Below, piece by piece: positions 36,966 through 51,826 of a stretch of DNA of 64,000 bases; position 1 is the stretch's first letter; each line of letters opens with the position of its first letter. A model generated the notes under the pieces. It saw only the letters and a program-made list of their open reading frames with translations. It did no database searches and was not told the DNA's origin. Source of the stretch: Felis catus. Its lineage: Eukaryota. Both the position numbers and the translations under genes were made by a program. The stretch covers positions 114,640,001 through 114,704,000 of the forward strand of contig NC_058368.1 in NCBI RefSeq assembly GCF_018350175.1. The letters are read 5' to 3'.

Positions 36966-38232
36966 ACTCCAAAGTGATTTTCTCTCTGTGGTGTGTGACG
37001 GTAGCTCCTCTCTTGGCCCTGCCTCTGCTCTGCTTTCCAGTCTGGGCCCAACTCCCAGGCAGTCCCCCAGCCCCACTGGCTGACTGCGTAAGGATTTCTC
37101 CTGAGCTGTAAACCCTGTAGCAGAACTTCTAAATTACGACCTCTGAGTCAAACCCACATTCTCAGTGAAAACCAAACTTGAATGAAGATTCAAACCAAAG
37201 TTGTTTTAAATGCCTTGTGAACCAGTTTGAACCTAAGCACTCATTATTGCACTATTCTATAATGGATGTTCATGATGACTCTAAACTGTTAAAGATAAAT
37301 GATCTGTTTTTCTTTTACATTCCTGAAATTTCAAAATCTTCCTTAATGAATTCGTCTTATTTAAAATCCCTTGATGCTTCAATATATATATTTCCTAAGA
37401 AAAAGGGTATTCTCTTACATAACCACAGTAGAGTTATCAAATCCAGGAGATTTAAGATTGATACCATACTTTATCTACAGTCCATATTCCAATTCTGTTG
37501 TTCTACAGATGACCTATTAAGAGCAGGGACAGATACCCTAGTCTCTGAGAAATTCCATTATGTGTGTACATTCTTCTATGAAGGTGCTGGATCAATTATA
37601 GGGATATTGTACAGAGTCCAAGGGAGCTCTTTTTATCCATCCTCAACTGTAGTTGTGCTGGGCTGACCAGTCAAAATGCTGTTGGGGGAAGGACAGGATT
37701 GCTAGATGGGTGCCTTTGAAATGAATTTGAGCTGTTGATGGTCTCTGAAAACACAAGGGTTGGTGAGGTGAATCCACAGATCTTCTTAGCAGTACTAGCA
37801 ATGGTCCTGTCCCTTTGTATTCCCTTCTTGAGTCATGAATGACCTGCAGTTACATTGGCTTTGTAACCAATTAGACTTGAGTCCCAAATTTTTTCACTTA
37901 GTAGCTTATGAACTTGAATGTGCAGATATAAAATATCCACCTCATTGCTTTTCTAAGGATTAAATAACATGATGATGTGACATAGCATTAGCGTTAACTA
38001 TTTAACCAATGTTGGGGATTGCAGTTATTTTACAGATTGGTAGCTCAAAGCCCAGATGGAGACTCTTGAGTTCTCCTTGGTGTTCACTCATCCCTACATC
38101 CTTTAGTAGTTTGCCCTATTTCTCGATATTTTAAGGGCAATCATGCTGTCTCAGCTTGTCAAGATTTAATGCTCATCAAAAATCTCCCCACCAGATGCAA
38201 CAAATTTATCCCACAGCCAGTATCCTTAACTC

Positions 38233-38251
38233 TAGCACCATCTGGCGGTTG
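38233..38251 (-). promoter_or_regulatory. CTCF motif (reverse orientation)
   Basis: Minus strand reads CAACCGCCAGATGGTGCTA, close to the CTCF core CCRCYAGRKGGYRC. Confidence 0.6.
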
Positions 38252-40019
38252 CCAGTGTAAACTCACCCTAGTTACTTCCAGAGGACCAAGGTTGGTAGTT
38301 GGTGGCACTGAGGATCAGAGCAGCTCCCGTCTGAATCTTTGCAAAAGCATGTCACATGCCTTCAATCCTTAACAATCCTTGTGGAGTAGGCATTATTACA
38401 GGTAGGGAAATTGCTCTTCGGAGACATTAAATAATTTGCCAAAGTATCACTGGCAGGATTTCTACCACAGTCAGAAGTGAGATTTGCTTGCTCGCCATGA
38501 TGCTGTCCTTAGGGCTTTAAGGCTGCAGTCTCTTTTCATTCACAGATTTCCTTACCCTGATGGGGAAACTGAGGGATAAGAAGGGACTTACCTGAAAATC
38601 ACAAGGCCAACTAATGCAAAGCCAGAATGAAATGTTTGTCCTAAAAATTTGACTCTGACCTGGGCTCTTAACTGAAACCCAGGATAAGCCTCCCAAAACA
38701 AATTTCAAACTATACCTGAAACCACATTCACAGACAGGATTTCGTTACCCAAGAATCCTGGAAATGAAATGTTTTCACATGTACCTCTAGTTCCTGTTGT
38801 CCAGCCATGTCCTTAGCAACTCTGGCATCCAGTGCTTCTATACTCCTTGGCTGGTCATTTCCTATGTCCCTGGAGGCACAGTCCCACTAGGGTGGGACTT
38901 GGCAGGTGGGAGTCCCAGCAGGCCCTCAAATTGGCAACAAGGGAGAAGCTGGCATGAGGCTTAAATTCCACTTTGGCACTCAGCCCTGAATCCAGTGTGC
39001 TTGTCTGGGAGCGTCGCATGAGAACCAGAGCCAGAGAACAAAAGATGGCAAGCGCCGCAGGCCCAGACAGGCAAACACAACAGCCCACACACCCAGCACC
39101 AGTGTGCTGCTTTCCAACTTTTGACTTTAGCAGCACCTAGGGATGCATTAGGAGGAAAAATTATAGATCTCCACCTTGCACAGGCATGTCTGCCCTTCCC
39201 AGAGGGTGACTGGGTTTCATCAAAGCTATCCTCTAAATCTGCTGGAAAATGGACAAAAGTATGCTAAAAAGTACCATTACTGGTCAGTTTTGTTAAATAC
39301 GTTTTCTTAAATCTGTAGAAAGCAAATCACAGATCACACCTTGACTTTTTAAGTAGGCTTTCTAAACCACCAACTAGGAGCTCTTAAGAATCTAAATCTT
39401 TGAGAAAAACAAAATTATCTTCTCTTGACACAACCTGGAAGGCTTGCTCTTGGATGAAGTTATTTATTACTCTCCTACACAGTACCAGGTATGCAGGATC
39501 AAGGAGGCTTAGTTTCTGCTCTTCCATCTGGACGATCCAAAGGTGATGAGATGTAGAAAGAGAATCAAATGTGGGATTAGGCCTGGGGTAAGATTTGGCT
39601 TCACCACTATAGGGCTGTTGTCTGATGTCTTTTGGCCTGTTTCATCACTTGTAAAATGGGCACAACATGTACCTCCATGAAATGTTGAGTTGCATGGCAT
39701 AACGTACTTGAAACAGCTTTTTAAAAAGAGCAAGATTTCCCTTCGGTGGGCATGTAGAATAAGGGAAGCTACAAATTGTTTTCACTCCAGCAACTTGAAC
39801 TTCCTCTCATGGTAATTTTGGGACCATGTCCTCAGGCCTCCTTTGCATATACCCTTCCATAGGCAAATGTAACAAAGACAACTAAAATTTAAGGCTGAAA
39901 AGTTATTAGCCATTACTAAACACATGCCTTGGAGAGCTTATACTGTCTCCATGGTGCAGACCCTGACAAGGAACAGTCCTAAAGAATCTCAAGCACACAA
40001 AGTGTATTCTTAAATATGG

Positions 40020-40025
40020 TTTAAT
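40020..40025 (-). terminator. ETF1: Distal ETF1 poly(A) signal ATTAAA
   Basis: Plus-strand TTTAAT; upstream UGUA (plus TACA at 40043-40046) and a downstream GU-rich element. Confidence 0.65.
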
Positions 40026-41394
40026 ACTCTTCTCCATTTCTGTACATCACAACACCAAGATTTCGCTGCTTAGGATCTCTCTGTAGAGGCTATAGAGAAT
40101 GCAAAGGCTACGGTTTTCACCCCTCTTATTTACGTGTTTGTATGTGTAAGTGTAATACATATCAGTATATATTGATACACACATCAATATATAATGCAAT
40201 ATATATCACCAAAGAGAACACATTGATTAAAGAAATACAAAAATTTGGCATCATTTCCAAACTTAAATAGTAAAAATAAAAACTACAAAAGGAGCTGCAT
40301 ACCCTAAATGTATCATGTGAAACAACAAGCATATTCAAAAATGTAAATTTACATCCAATTTCTCTGGTCTTGTCATATCACATTAGACCCATTTACAATG
40401 GCAAAACCCTAAGGTACTGCTGTGAAGAGAGCATGTTTGCTCGCTCTTGGGTGTTCTGCAAACAAACAGCAGAGCCCAAAGCAAAAGCCTGTTCCGGTGA
40501 AGCCTCCCACGTTGGTGAATACCAAAGAATGGACTCTTCTCACTGGGGGTTGAGACATCAGGTTATACATTAAAAGACAGTCATTTGGACCTCAGAGTAT
40601 ACAGTGTGAGAACCAGAAGCTTTACAATTAAGACATACTCCCTTCATTCAAGTGAAACAGGATTATTGGAACGATAGGCAGGTCTGCAACCTGGGAACAA
40701 GGAGCTGGTTCAGACCAATAAAGCTACGAGTGACTGAGTCAAGTCAGTGAAGAACAGCAGTCAGGCACTAAAGTGTTAAAAGTACCCAATTTGAAAACCA
40801 AATGTACCCCACTACTCTATCAGTGTGGGAACGATACCAATTGACTTTTAAAAACCTTTGGTCCTTCAAAGTCCATTTGGTATACTTTTTTCCATTGCTA
40901 CCACTGGGCACATCCTATACACTTTATTCACTGTCACCACCTCGGGCACGCCATGACCTTGCATGTCAGCTGGGGTCAAATCCAACTTAGAACCCAGCTA
41001 TGAAGCGTGAGCTTCAGGTTTTCAGGCCCACTTTTGGATCCAACAATAGTTAAGTCCTTGGTGCCAGAAGCTGTGTCCCATCCCTTCCCACCCCTGCCCT
41101 TCCCACCCCCCTCCCATAATTTCTCATATGAGAGGTGCTTGTAAGTCCCATATTTGAAACAGATGCTCCAACCCCACCAGGAGGTCAGGGGTTTATAATT
41201 ACATGCACAGTCATACATGTCTTGTCAGTCGTTCCTGTGAAAAACCTTGCAGTTCACTTAAAAAAAAATCAAAACATTCACATAATCATGCCATCCAACA
41301 CAAGGAAAACACAACCATCTCCCTTTTACCAAGGACAGACCCAAGCAAAATAAAATATTCTTTAAATTTCTTTGCTTCCACTTAAATTGCATGT

Positions 41395-41400
41395 TTTATT
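41395..41400 (-). terminator. ETF1: Proximal ETF1 poly(A) signal AATAAA
   Basis: Plus-strand TTTATT; downstream U/GU-rich TTTTATTTTGCTTGGGT on the minus strand. Confidence 0.55.
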
Positions 41401-42236
41401 TCTCCCAATCCCAGCAATAGCACAGAAGCCCCATCATATCCATCCCAAACTGGTTTCTAGTAGGCTAAGATTATGGGAACCCTTATCAATGCAATTGATG
41501 CCAAGGGCTCCCAAACCCTGGGCACAAATGCGCCTGCAAAACAGATGAAAGGGAACAGTGCATTGGCCCAAATGCTTCCTGTGTCAGTTTGACTTTGCAA
41601 TGCAATTTGCATCCTTGAAACTGACAGTCTGGAGGGGGAGGAGTAATGTGAGGAGTGAAGTTGAAATTGCCTCCTATTAGCTCACCCTTTCAACATTAAA
41701 CAGAGACCAAGAAAAAATGGTTCCAACATTTCACCGCATGTATTTCTTCTTATGCAGTCTAAGCTGAGAATGCCATGTAAATGGGTCACTGCGAAATGCA
41801 GCAATTTTTCTCCAATCAAAATAAGAAACAAACCAGTATGATCTCATTTCTATTAACTTTTGAAGGTTTACAGCAGTTAAAGTATTTTTGATTCTATGTA
41901 TGAAGGTTAAAAAAATCATTTTTTTTTTCATAAAATACAAGAGCAACCAATTTCACCATCGAGTAAAAGTAAAAACTGGGATTCTTTTTTAAATTAGTCC
42001 AAAGTGGCATTTTAGGAACTTAGTTGTAGGCTGCTGCGCTGACACCATGACAAACCAAAGTGTAGGGTTGGGTCTGGTTTTGTTTCGGTTTTCTTTTCAA
42101 TATCCAATGCTCATGGATTAAGTTCTGGAAATGTTCCAATTGTAAGGCAGGGATCTGTTTGGATTCCACCACGGGTATGCTCCTTGGGTTGGATGCTGGA
42201 GGGTGAGGCACGTTTTGCCGGACCCATGTCGACTAC

Positions 42237-42332
<96 letters not shown>

Positions 42333-42601
42333 TCAAAGAGTAAATCACCAGTGTTCCTGGGATGGGGAGGGTTCACTTCAATAAGGAAAGTCCAATTCCC
42401 TTGTAGAATTACAGAAAACAAAGAGATGATGATAAAAAATACAGTTCCAACCAAGGAACCTGCAACCATGTGCTGCCTCAACCTCCTGCCTCTGCCTCGT
42501 TGGATGAGCACACTTCATCTCATAGCTTGATTTTGGGATAGCCAGGAAAGCTTTGGCCTGAGACCCTGGCCGTAAGTTTAGTTTTCTTATTTGCTACTTA
42601 C

Positions 42602-42749
42602 CTCCAATTCCACCAAATCCTTTCACAAACTGGGATCCTTCTTGTGACTTATCTGTGACAATTTCCAACGTTGCTCCAAATTTTTTATAGTTGTTAGCAA
42701 ACCATTCCAGCAGGGGCATGCTTTCGATCAGCTCATGTTCTTGTCCTGT
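42602..42749 (-). CDS. ETF1: eRF1 exon 10 ([25 protein letters not shown]...GFGGIG), 148 nt; not in the ORF track
   Basis: TTGCAG| acceptor, GAG|GTAAGT donor; translated by hand. Confidence 0.96.
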
Positions 42750-43472
42750 CTGCAAGGGTGACCATGAAGATACAGAAAAAATGGGATTAGGATGTAATCA
42801 AGACTTAGCCACCCTAGCTCCCGGACCCACGATCATTCTCATTCTCTCTCCTTATTAAGTGGGTGTACCATGCTCTATGTGAATTCTGGTTTCTAATGAC
42901 ATAATTCTAATAGCACAGAAGTTCTATTTCAAATAACATTCCTCCTCAGGCTCTGGCTCAGTGATAAAATGTCAACACACACTTAGCAGTTTTTCAACTT
43001 CTGGTTCCTGTTGTTGTCTCTAAAGTCAGGCTGTTGTAAAGTGTCTCCAGGCTGCACTCATTTAACAGCCCAGAAGAGACAAGCCAGATTTACTTTTTAG
43101 GGCAACCTTGTGAAAAACAAAGTCCTTCAACTCAGAATTTGAGGAACTTTAAGTGATCTGTGCTGGCCAGGTGACACTTTTGTGGTGATGCATACAGACC
43201 AAAGCTGCAGAAGCTGTTTCAGTACAAAAGCTTATAAAGTGAGTGAAGAAAGCAGCACAGGATTCACAATGCAGAAGAGGCACTAGTCAATCAAATCTTC
43301 CTCTTTACTATTTCAAGAATGAGAATATTTAACTACTTCATGGCACGGTCTCCTTCCTTGGAATCAGACAGGCAGGTAGCATATAAGACGTGACCACCTC
43401 CCGTTGCCCCCCACTGCCAAGAGTATGAAGTCTGGTATCTCAAAGCTGATACTCTACTTTGCCAATGCCCTA

Positions 43473-43616
<144 letters not shown>

Positions 43617-43963
43617 TTAACCTAGTTCTTATACACTAGCAGATTTAAGTCCCATGAGATAAGTCAGGTTAGATGAAAGGGCTTCTGAATTCATTCTATC
43701 AACCTTCTTTTTATAAGCAATATTAGTCAGCATGCACTTAATGTCTACCAGGTATACTGCTCCTACCGTAAGTAAACACCAAACATACTCAAGATACAGT
43801 TCTTGTCCTCAGGAAATTTAACAGTCTTAAGCAGACATTTATCAGTTCAAGCAAAACAGTTTACGCAGACAGAAGCCACCTCTCCCAAATTTCCACCCCA
43901 GGTTTCCAGAACACAGAGATCACCAACAAACCATAATCTTATTTAACTTTCTAATTCTCATAC

Positions 43964-44119
43964 CTTCTGTGCCTTGGCAATGAAGAACATATCTCATTAT
44001 ATCCAGATTTTCATAGACTATTAGAATCTCTACAGCTCCCATTTCTAAAGCCTTTAGTGTATCTTCAACTCCAAAACAGTACTTGCCCGTGTCCTGACTG
44101 ATTTCATCGAAGTATCGTC
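43964..44119 (-). CDS. ETF1: eRF1 exon 8 ([17 protein letters not shown]...HCQGTE), 156 nt
   Basis: CACAG| acceptor, AAG|GTATGA donor. Confidence 0.97.
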
Positions 44120-44205
44120 CTGTGATGAAGGATAGGTGAGGAAGCACATATATTAAAAGTTTCCTTTGTAGAAATAGACTTTCTGGGTCAAAATCCAAGA
44201 GATAG

Positions 44206-44794
44206 GGGTGGCTGGGTGGCTCAGTCAGTTGCACATCCTACTCTAGGTTTTGGCTCAGGTCATAATCTCATGGTCTGTGGGACCAAGCCCCCCTGCATCA
44301 GGCTCCATTCTGACAGTGTGGAGCCTGCTTTGATATTCTCTCTCTCTCTCTCTCTCTCTGCCCCTCCTCGGCTTGCGCACACATGCACTCTCTCAAAATA
44401 AATAATAAAAAAATAAACTTAAAAAAACCCAAGAGAGAAAATAACAACTTAAAAATAAGAGCCAAAAGTTGTGAAAAGTCCTACCACTCTAGTTGAGGCT
44501 CTGGAAATGGACTCAAGAGTTAATAGCGGGGCCAAATACACAACCACTTGGAAAAATGTGTGCTCCATAAATCAGAAACAAAGCCAAATAATGGCCAGAT
44601 TTTTTTTTTAAGGTTTGTTTATTTTTGAGAGAGAGCACAAGCAGGGGAGGGGCAGAGAGAGGAGAGGAGAGAGAATCCCAAGCAGGCTCCACGCTGTCAG
44701 CACAAAACCAAGCGGGGAACTCAGGAAACGTAAGAATAAGACCCAAGCCAATGCTTAACCGACTCAGCCACCCAGGTGCCCCAATGGCCAGATT
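44206..44794. mobile_element. Inverted pair of Can-SINEs in ETF1 intron 7 (+ 44206-44430; - 44602-44782, TSD AATGGCCAGATT)
   Basis: Heads, tails and TSDs visible. Confidence 0.9.
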
Positions 44795-45015
44795 AATCTT
44801 TGATTTGGTCTCTATTCACCACTGCATTATAAAAAATAATATGTGAAAACTGAAGTTTGGTTCCTATTGCCAAAGGGTAAAAAGAGTGGAAATACAAGCA
44901 CACTTACTAGAACTCAAGAATAAAGGAAGATTAATGACTCCACTGAGGAAGATTTTAATACAAACGTTCAATCTTCCTCTTACCCTTTTGGCATTTTGTT
45001 ACATATATATAATCA

Positions 45016-45264
<249 letters not shown>

Positions 45265-46028
45265 TCAAAACACCTTGACCAAGACACACTTCTTCTTAAT
45301 GGGTCTTTAACCACTTCTAACTAAAGTCTAAAGAGGGAGAATACGGGGAAAGAGCCCAGTATGTTCATGAGCAGGTCTCAGTGAGCAACACTGTAAAGTG
45401 TAACTTCCCCAGCCAGTCATATCACACATTAGATTAGATTTGACAACTCATTAATCACCAACAAGACTAAGTTCCTTGTTAAGGAAACAGGATATTGGTT
45501 CCTGCCATATAAAGTGGTTGAGTACAACACCACTTCTTTGGTTGAGACTTCTGCCATATAATGCTACTCCCTCTCAAGAGCACCTTTGAAATGTGTTATG
45601 CCTGAGTCCATGTCACAGACCAAAAGATTTTTTTGGATTAAATGCTTTAGGCTAATCAGCTCTATCATATTACTGGGAGTTTCACTGCTTTATTTACCTC
45701 CAGAAATAAATCAGAAGACCAGAAAAACCCCTACTTTCTCTGAAATCACATTCCATTTTGAGGCTAATTATAGCAATTCACTAAACCAGAAGCTGCCACC
45801 AGACCATAATGATTCTATCTAAAAATGGTTGGTTTTCAAAGAGAAAGAAGACCCAGAAAAGCGTGGAGGAGTGTTTCTTAATAAAAACCTGTCAACTTGT
45901 TTTTAAACATGAAATTCTGTCAACTTGTTTTTAAACATGAAATCTATCACTTGAAAACCAAAAAGATGTGCATGTCCCAGTGCTCAGAGGACCCACTACT
46001 CTCACCTAGCAACTTAACAGAGCATCTA

Positions 46029-46292
<264 letters not shown>

Positions 46293-46619
46293 TTAAAAAC
46301 GAATCATGCCATTATCTAACAAAAAGACAGAGAAAAATTACTATTTATTTTAAATGAATGTTTGGCACAAACTGATACACATTTTCAGAATAAATACCAA
46401 TTATCTTATCAAAAGAAGAATCATAAGCACCAATGAGTCATGTGTCATTTCATGATGCCTCTCATCTGGAGTTGATTCCCTTTATGTAGTTGACCACCCC
46501 TTAAAAAAATATTTTATTTGTTAAAGTAATCTCTACCCCCAGTGTGCAGCTTGACTGAAATCACAACCCCAAGATCAAGAGTTGCACGCTCTACCAACTG
46601 AGCCAGCCAGGTGCCCCTA

Positions 46620-47327
<708 letters not shown>

Positions 47328-47909
47328 TTATCACACAATAAATAAATCCCAAAGCTTTGTTAGGGTCAAGACAAAATCCAAAAGGATGTACATACAAGCC
47401 CTTTTACCCCATCCACAATGGTAGGAGTACTTAAAGTCATTTTATGGAATAATTTAGACTATAGCTATAAATATGTAACCCATACGGTCAATTTTGAAAC
47501 AGATGCAGGGAAAAACACCAACAATAATGATAGAAAGCCTTTCAACAAACCTGACCTGGACACATGAATAGAAAACCAAGAGAGGTATAGGGTTCAGATT
47601 AATTCTATCCTTGATTTGATTTAGACTGATGGCAATCCATGGAACATAATGTTGAAATGAAAAGTCCAAACTCTAAAACAACAACAGTACAAAAAGGTAA
47701 CCTCCATCAGGTCACTTTCTGTATTATCCCATCATTAGCAGGCAGCATTCATTATAGCAAATAAGGGTATCTTGTAAATCAACTCTAGAGAAGGAGTCCA
47801 TGAGGAGAAAACCCAGAAAGTCTGCAAAAAGATCTAGATTTGAAATGTTTCATTTAACATATATGTCTTGAACACCCTTAATGGTATCAGGATCTAAAAC
47901 TCAATTTTA

Positions 47910-48186
47910 TTAAAAAAAATTTTTTTTAATGTTTATTTTTGAGAGAGACGTGAGTGGGGGAGGGAGGGGGAGGGAGAGGAGGCGGGGAGAGAAGGAGAGA
48001 GAGAGAGACACAGAGAGACAGACAGACAGACAGACAGACACAGAATCTGAAGCAGGCTCCAGGCTCCGAGCTGGCAGCCCAGAGCCCGACATGGGGCTCA
48101 AACTCAGAAATCGGTGAGATCATGACCTGAGCTGAAGTTGGCCACTTAACGGATTGAGCCACCTAAAACTCAATTTTAGGCACCCC
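47910..48186 (-). mobile_element. Can-SINE in ETF1 intron 4
   Basis: Core and TSD CTAAAACTCAATTTTA. Confidence 0.92.
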
Positions 48187-49459
48187 TAAAACTCAATTTT
48201 ATTTTAAAGGTATTATATAGCTAATGATTTGGAGTTTTTCTGGGGGAAAATTCTCCTTCTAGGTTAGCTTATAATTATATCCCCACAGTTCTGTCCCCAC
48301 AAAGAACAAATATTTAAATAGTCCTGGAACCCATATAGATGGGTCAAGAGTTTTCCTGATGGAATCTGCACACCTGGTAGATGACTAGTTCCTAGGTGCC
48401 AAGCTTCTTTGGAGTTAAGAAATACCCTTTCCATTTTAACTAAGGAAGAAAATATTTCCTTTAAGAATTGACCAGAAAGCAGATTAATCATTAGTAATCA
48501 ATCTTTAATCATACCATATCTGAAAATTAGCATTAAAACATGAATGTTGTGCCATTATGTCACAATCTGTTAGGTGGCTTGATTAGTTTAGGTTTTCAAT
48601 AATTCTGCTCATCAGGGAATACTTATCCCTCTTAAGAATGTGTAATTGTCCTGATGAAGCGACATAAATTGTGTTGTACAGCATGTCACATTCACATCTA
48701 GTTATCAACATATCAGCTCAAGCCAAAATAAACAAAGCTAGCAAGATTAAAGAGTACCTGGAAGGGTTAAGGTTTAGAAATACCAATGAAGCTAGCTTAA
48801 TAAAAGCTAGATAACACAAGTAACAGGTACTACTTAAATTAAGACTAGAAATCTGCTTTCATGAAACTAGATACAGGTAAGTGGGACATGGTAGCTAAGA
48901 GCCTTCCCAATGAAGCTTTCGCCAAAAAGAGGCTGGCAAGATAGCCCAGAGAACAGTCTCAACCATCTATGCAATGAACCAAGATCCAACTGGAATTGGA
49001 CTTCCTGTCAAGTTAGCAGAAATCATCCATTGTAAACTGTGTCGACAAATGTCAGTTCTAATTCCACTGTAGAGGTTTTTCCCTAGGTTGATGAAAAGCA
49101 AAAGATTGAACTAGGAGCCAGCTGTGAATTCCTGATTGTTCTACTGTTGACTGATTTAGGTCACTCTAATGAGGTTTCCTTTCCACCCTTAAATTTTATC
49201 TTATGGCAGCTCTGTCACTCAAAAGTTTCATGGGGAAATAAAAGCTCTTACAGTCCTAAAGGTTTTATAATTTGTGAACTGAAAACTAAGGATGCAAGAA
49301 ATATAGGCAAGTATCATGGGTATACAGGGAGAGATGGAGAGATAGGCAATTATTTCTTCACCTCTAACCAGTTCTCCAAACCCAGTTTAGCACTTTCTTC
49401 AAACATGATGGTCATTCAGTGTGTCACAATTAATGTATATATATATATTTTTTGAAAAT

Positions 49460-49900
49460 AGCCAGCCTTGTGGTACAATGACTTAGAAAATAGTCTAGCA
49501 ATTCCTCAAAAGGTTAAGCAGTTACCATTTAACCCAGCAATTTCATTCTTAAGTATATATACTGCCCTCCCATGAAAACGTATGGTCACACATATGGTAC
49601 ATGTATGTTCAGAGCACTATTATTCCTGATGAACAGATAAGTCAAATATAGCAAATATGATCTGGTAATAAAAAAGGATGAAGTACTGAGGCTAAGTGAA
49701 AGAAACAAGTCACAAAAATCTACCCATTGTATGAAATGCCCAGCATAAGTGAAATCTAGAGAGACAGACAAAATCAATGGTAGCCTAGAGCTGAGAGATC
49801 TTGGGGAGGCAGGGGTACGGATGGGGGGTGGGGGGGAGGATGGTAATGACTGCTAATGGATATAGGGTTTCTTTCTGGGATGATGAAAATACTGTTTGAA
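49460..49900 (+). mobile_element. Old L1 3' fragment ending beside the exon 4 donor
   Basis: TAGCAATTCCTCAAAAGGTTAA...ACCCAGCAATTTCATTC...GGGTTTCTTTCTGGGATGATGAAAAT. Confidence 0.7.
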
Positions 49901-49908
49901 CTTCTTAC

Positions 49909-50048
49909 CTCTGTATGGAATTTGTTGTCACACAAATACAATGACGTATTAATTGGTTTGAAAGGTTCAAAGTCAATGTTGACTTTCTTTTCCTTTCCTT
50001 CTTCTGTTACAATGGTACCACAGTAAACAACCAGGCCATTTGGAGGTA
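49909..50048 (-). CDS. ETF1: eRF1 exon 4 ([11 protein letters not shown]...[10 protein letters not shown]), 140 nt
   Basis: TTTGCAG| acceptor, GAG|GTAAGA donor; YxCxxxF motif. Confidence 0.97.
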
Positions 50049-50136
50049 CTGCAAAAAACACACAATTTCTCTACTTAAATCTATAGCTAATTTTCCTCAA
50101 TTAATAGAAAATGTTCCTAGTACTGTCCCTACTCCT

Positions 50137-50479
50137 TTATTATTATTATTATTTTTTTTCAACGTTTATTTATTTTTGGGACAGAGAGAGACAGAGCATG
50201 AACGGGGGTGGGGCAGAGAGAGAGGGAGACACAGAATCGGAAACAGGCTCCAGGCTCTGAGCCATCAGCCCAGAGCCTGACGCGGGGCTCGAACTCACGG
50301 ACCGCGAGATCGTGACCTGGCTGAAGTCGGACGCTTAACTGACTGCACCACCCAGGCGCCCCCTCCTTTATTATTTTTAAAGATTTATTAAGTAATCTCT
50401 ACAACCAATGGAGGGCTTGAGCCTACAACCCTGAAATAAAGAGTCACATGCTCTAATGACTGAGCCAGCCAGGTGCCCC
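50137..50479 (-). mobile_element. Young full-length Can-SINE at 50137-50362 (TSD CTCCTTTATTATT) plus an adjacent short SINE
   Basis: CpG-rich and near-consensus (GCGGGGCTCGAACTCACGGACCGCGAGATCGTGACCTGGCTGAAGTCGGACG). Confidence 0.93.
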
Positions 50480-50626
50480 GTGTCCCTGGTTCCTTTAAGT
50501 CATAATTTAAATAAAGCAGAAATATCTGTAAATCTCTCCGGCAGAATTCTCTCCCTAATTTTAAAAATACTTGAGATGTTTAAAAAAGGAGGATTTACAC
50601 TTTTAAGTAACTACTACTTAGCTTTA

Positions 50627-50986
<360 letters not shown>

Positions 50987-51604
50987 TCAGAGGTTCAAGT
51001 ACCACATAAGTCAAGAGTTTAAATTCATGCTTATCATAGTAAAGGGAGCTAATGAAATCCCCTTAAAATAGAAACATATCACTCTCAGTGATTAGGAAGA
51101 TAGGGACTATTCCAGTGTAATCAAAGTATGCCCAGAATTAGGAAAAGTGATCAGAATGTGATAGGTACTCAATTATTTGAATCAATTTTAGCTAGCCAAA
51201 AGAAAAAGTAGTAAGGCACTTTAAAGGATGCTTGGGAAACACCTCATTCTTCAAGGGCAAAGAGAGAAGCTTTCTTAAGGGGGTGATAACAGGCTGGAAT
51301 ATGACAGTGAGTCCATGGTAGAACCTTGGAATCTGGTGGTTCTTCAGTGGGAGAAGCCACCACAGGATGATACAACAAGTCTTTACAAAGTCTAGATGAA
51401 ATAACTGAATATCATAGTGTCTCTCCTTTTCTTTAAATTCCAGGCTCACCATGAAAATTTAAAATCACTAGTTTAGCACCCTTAGGAACTAAACTAGTTC
51501 CTAATAGGAATAGCAGAATCTTGGAATTCAAACAAATATCCCAATTAGGAAATCATACATCTACTCTATGTGTTTCTCTAAATGTATTTTACATATTAAT
51601 CACT

Positions 51605-51826
51605 TTTTTAAAAAAATTCACTTTGACACAGTGTGTGGAGGGGGGCAGGGGGGGGAGAGAGAGAGGGAGGGAGAGAGAGAGGGAGGGAGAGAGAGGGAAT
51701 CTGAAGCAGGCTCCTTGCTGTCAGCACACAGCCCAATGTGGGGCTCAATCCCACCAACTGTGAGATCATGACCTAAGCCAAGATCAAGAGCCACTTAACC
51801 ACCCAACTGAACCACCCAGGCGCCCC
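51605..51826 (-). mobile_element. Can-SINE
   Basis: Core; TSD CATATTAATCA. Confidence 0.88.

Larger units (their letters stand above)
40000..42236 (-). other. ETF1: ETF1 3'UTR (about 2.2 kb, repeat-free)
   Basis: Follows TAG; no SINEs; minus-strand ATTAAA at 40025-40020 followed by GU-rich TTTGTGTGCTT; end approximate. Confidence 0.75.

Noticed and set aside
37178..37666. 162-aa ORF in AT-rich intergenic DNA
   Set aside because: Non-ATG start, no recognisable homology, and part looks like decayed antisense L1 (GGTATTCTCTTACATAACCACAGTA)
10705..37835. Isolated AP-1 heptamers (10705, 11945, 37144, 37829)
   Set aside because: Several copies are expected by chance in 64 kb; no supporting context
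39000..39070. Small CpG-containing patch with AAGATGGC (YY1-like)
   Set aside because: Incomplete consensus and too few CpGs to call a promoter
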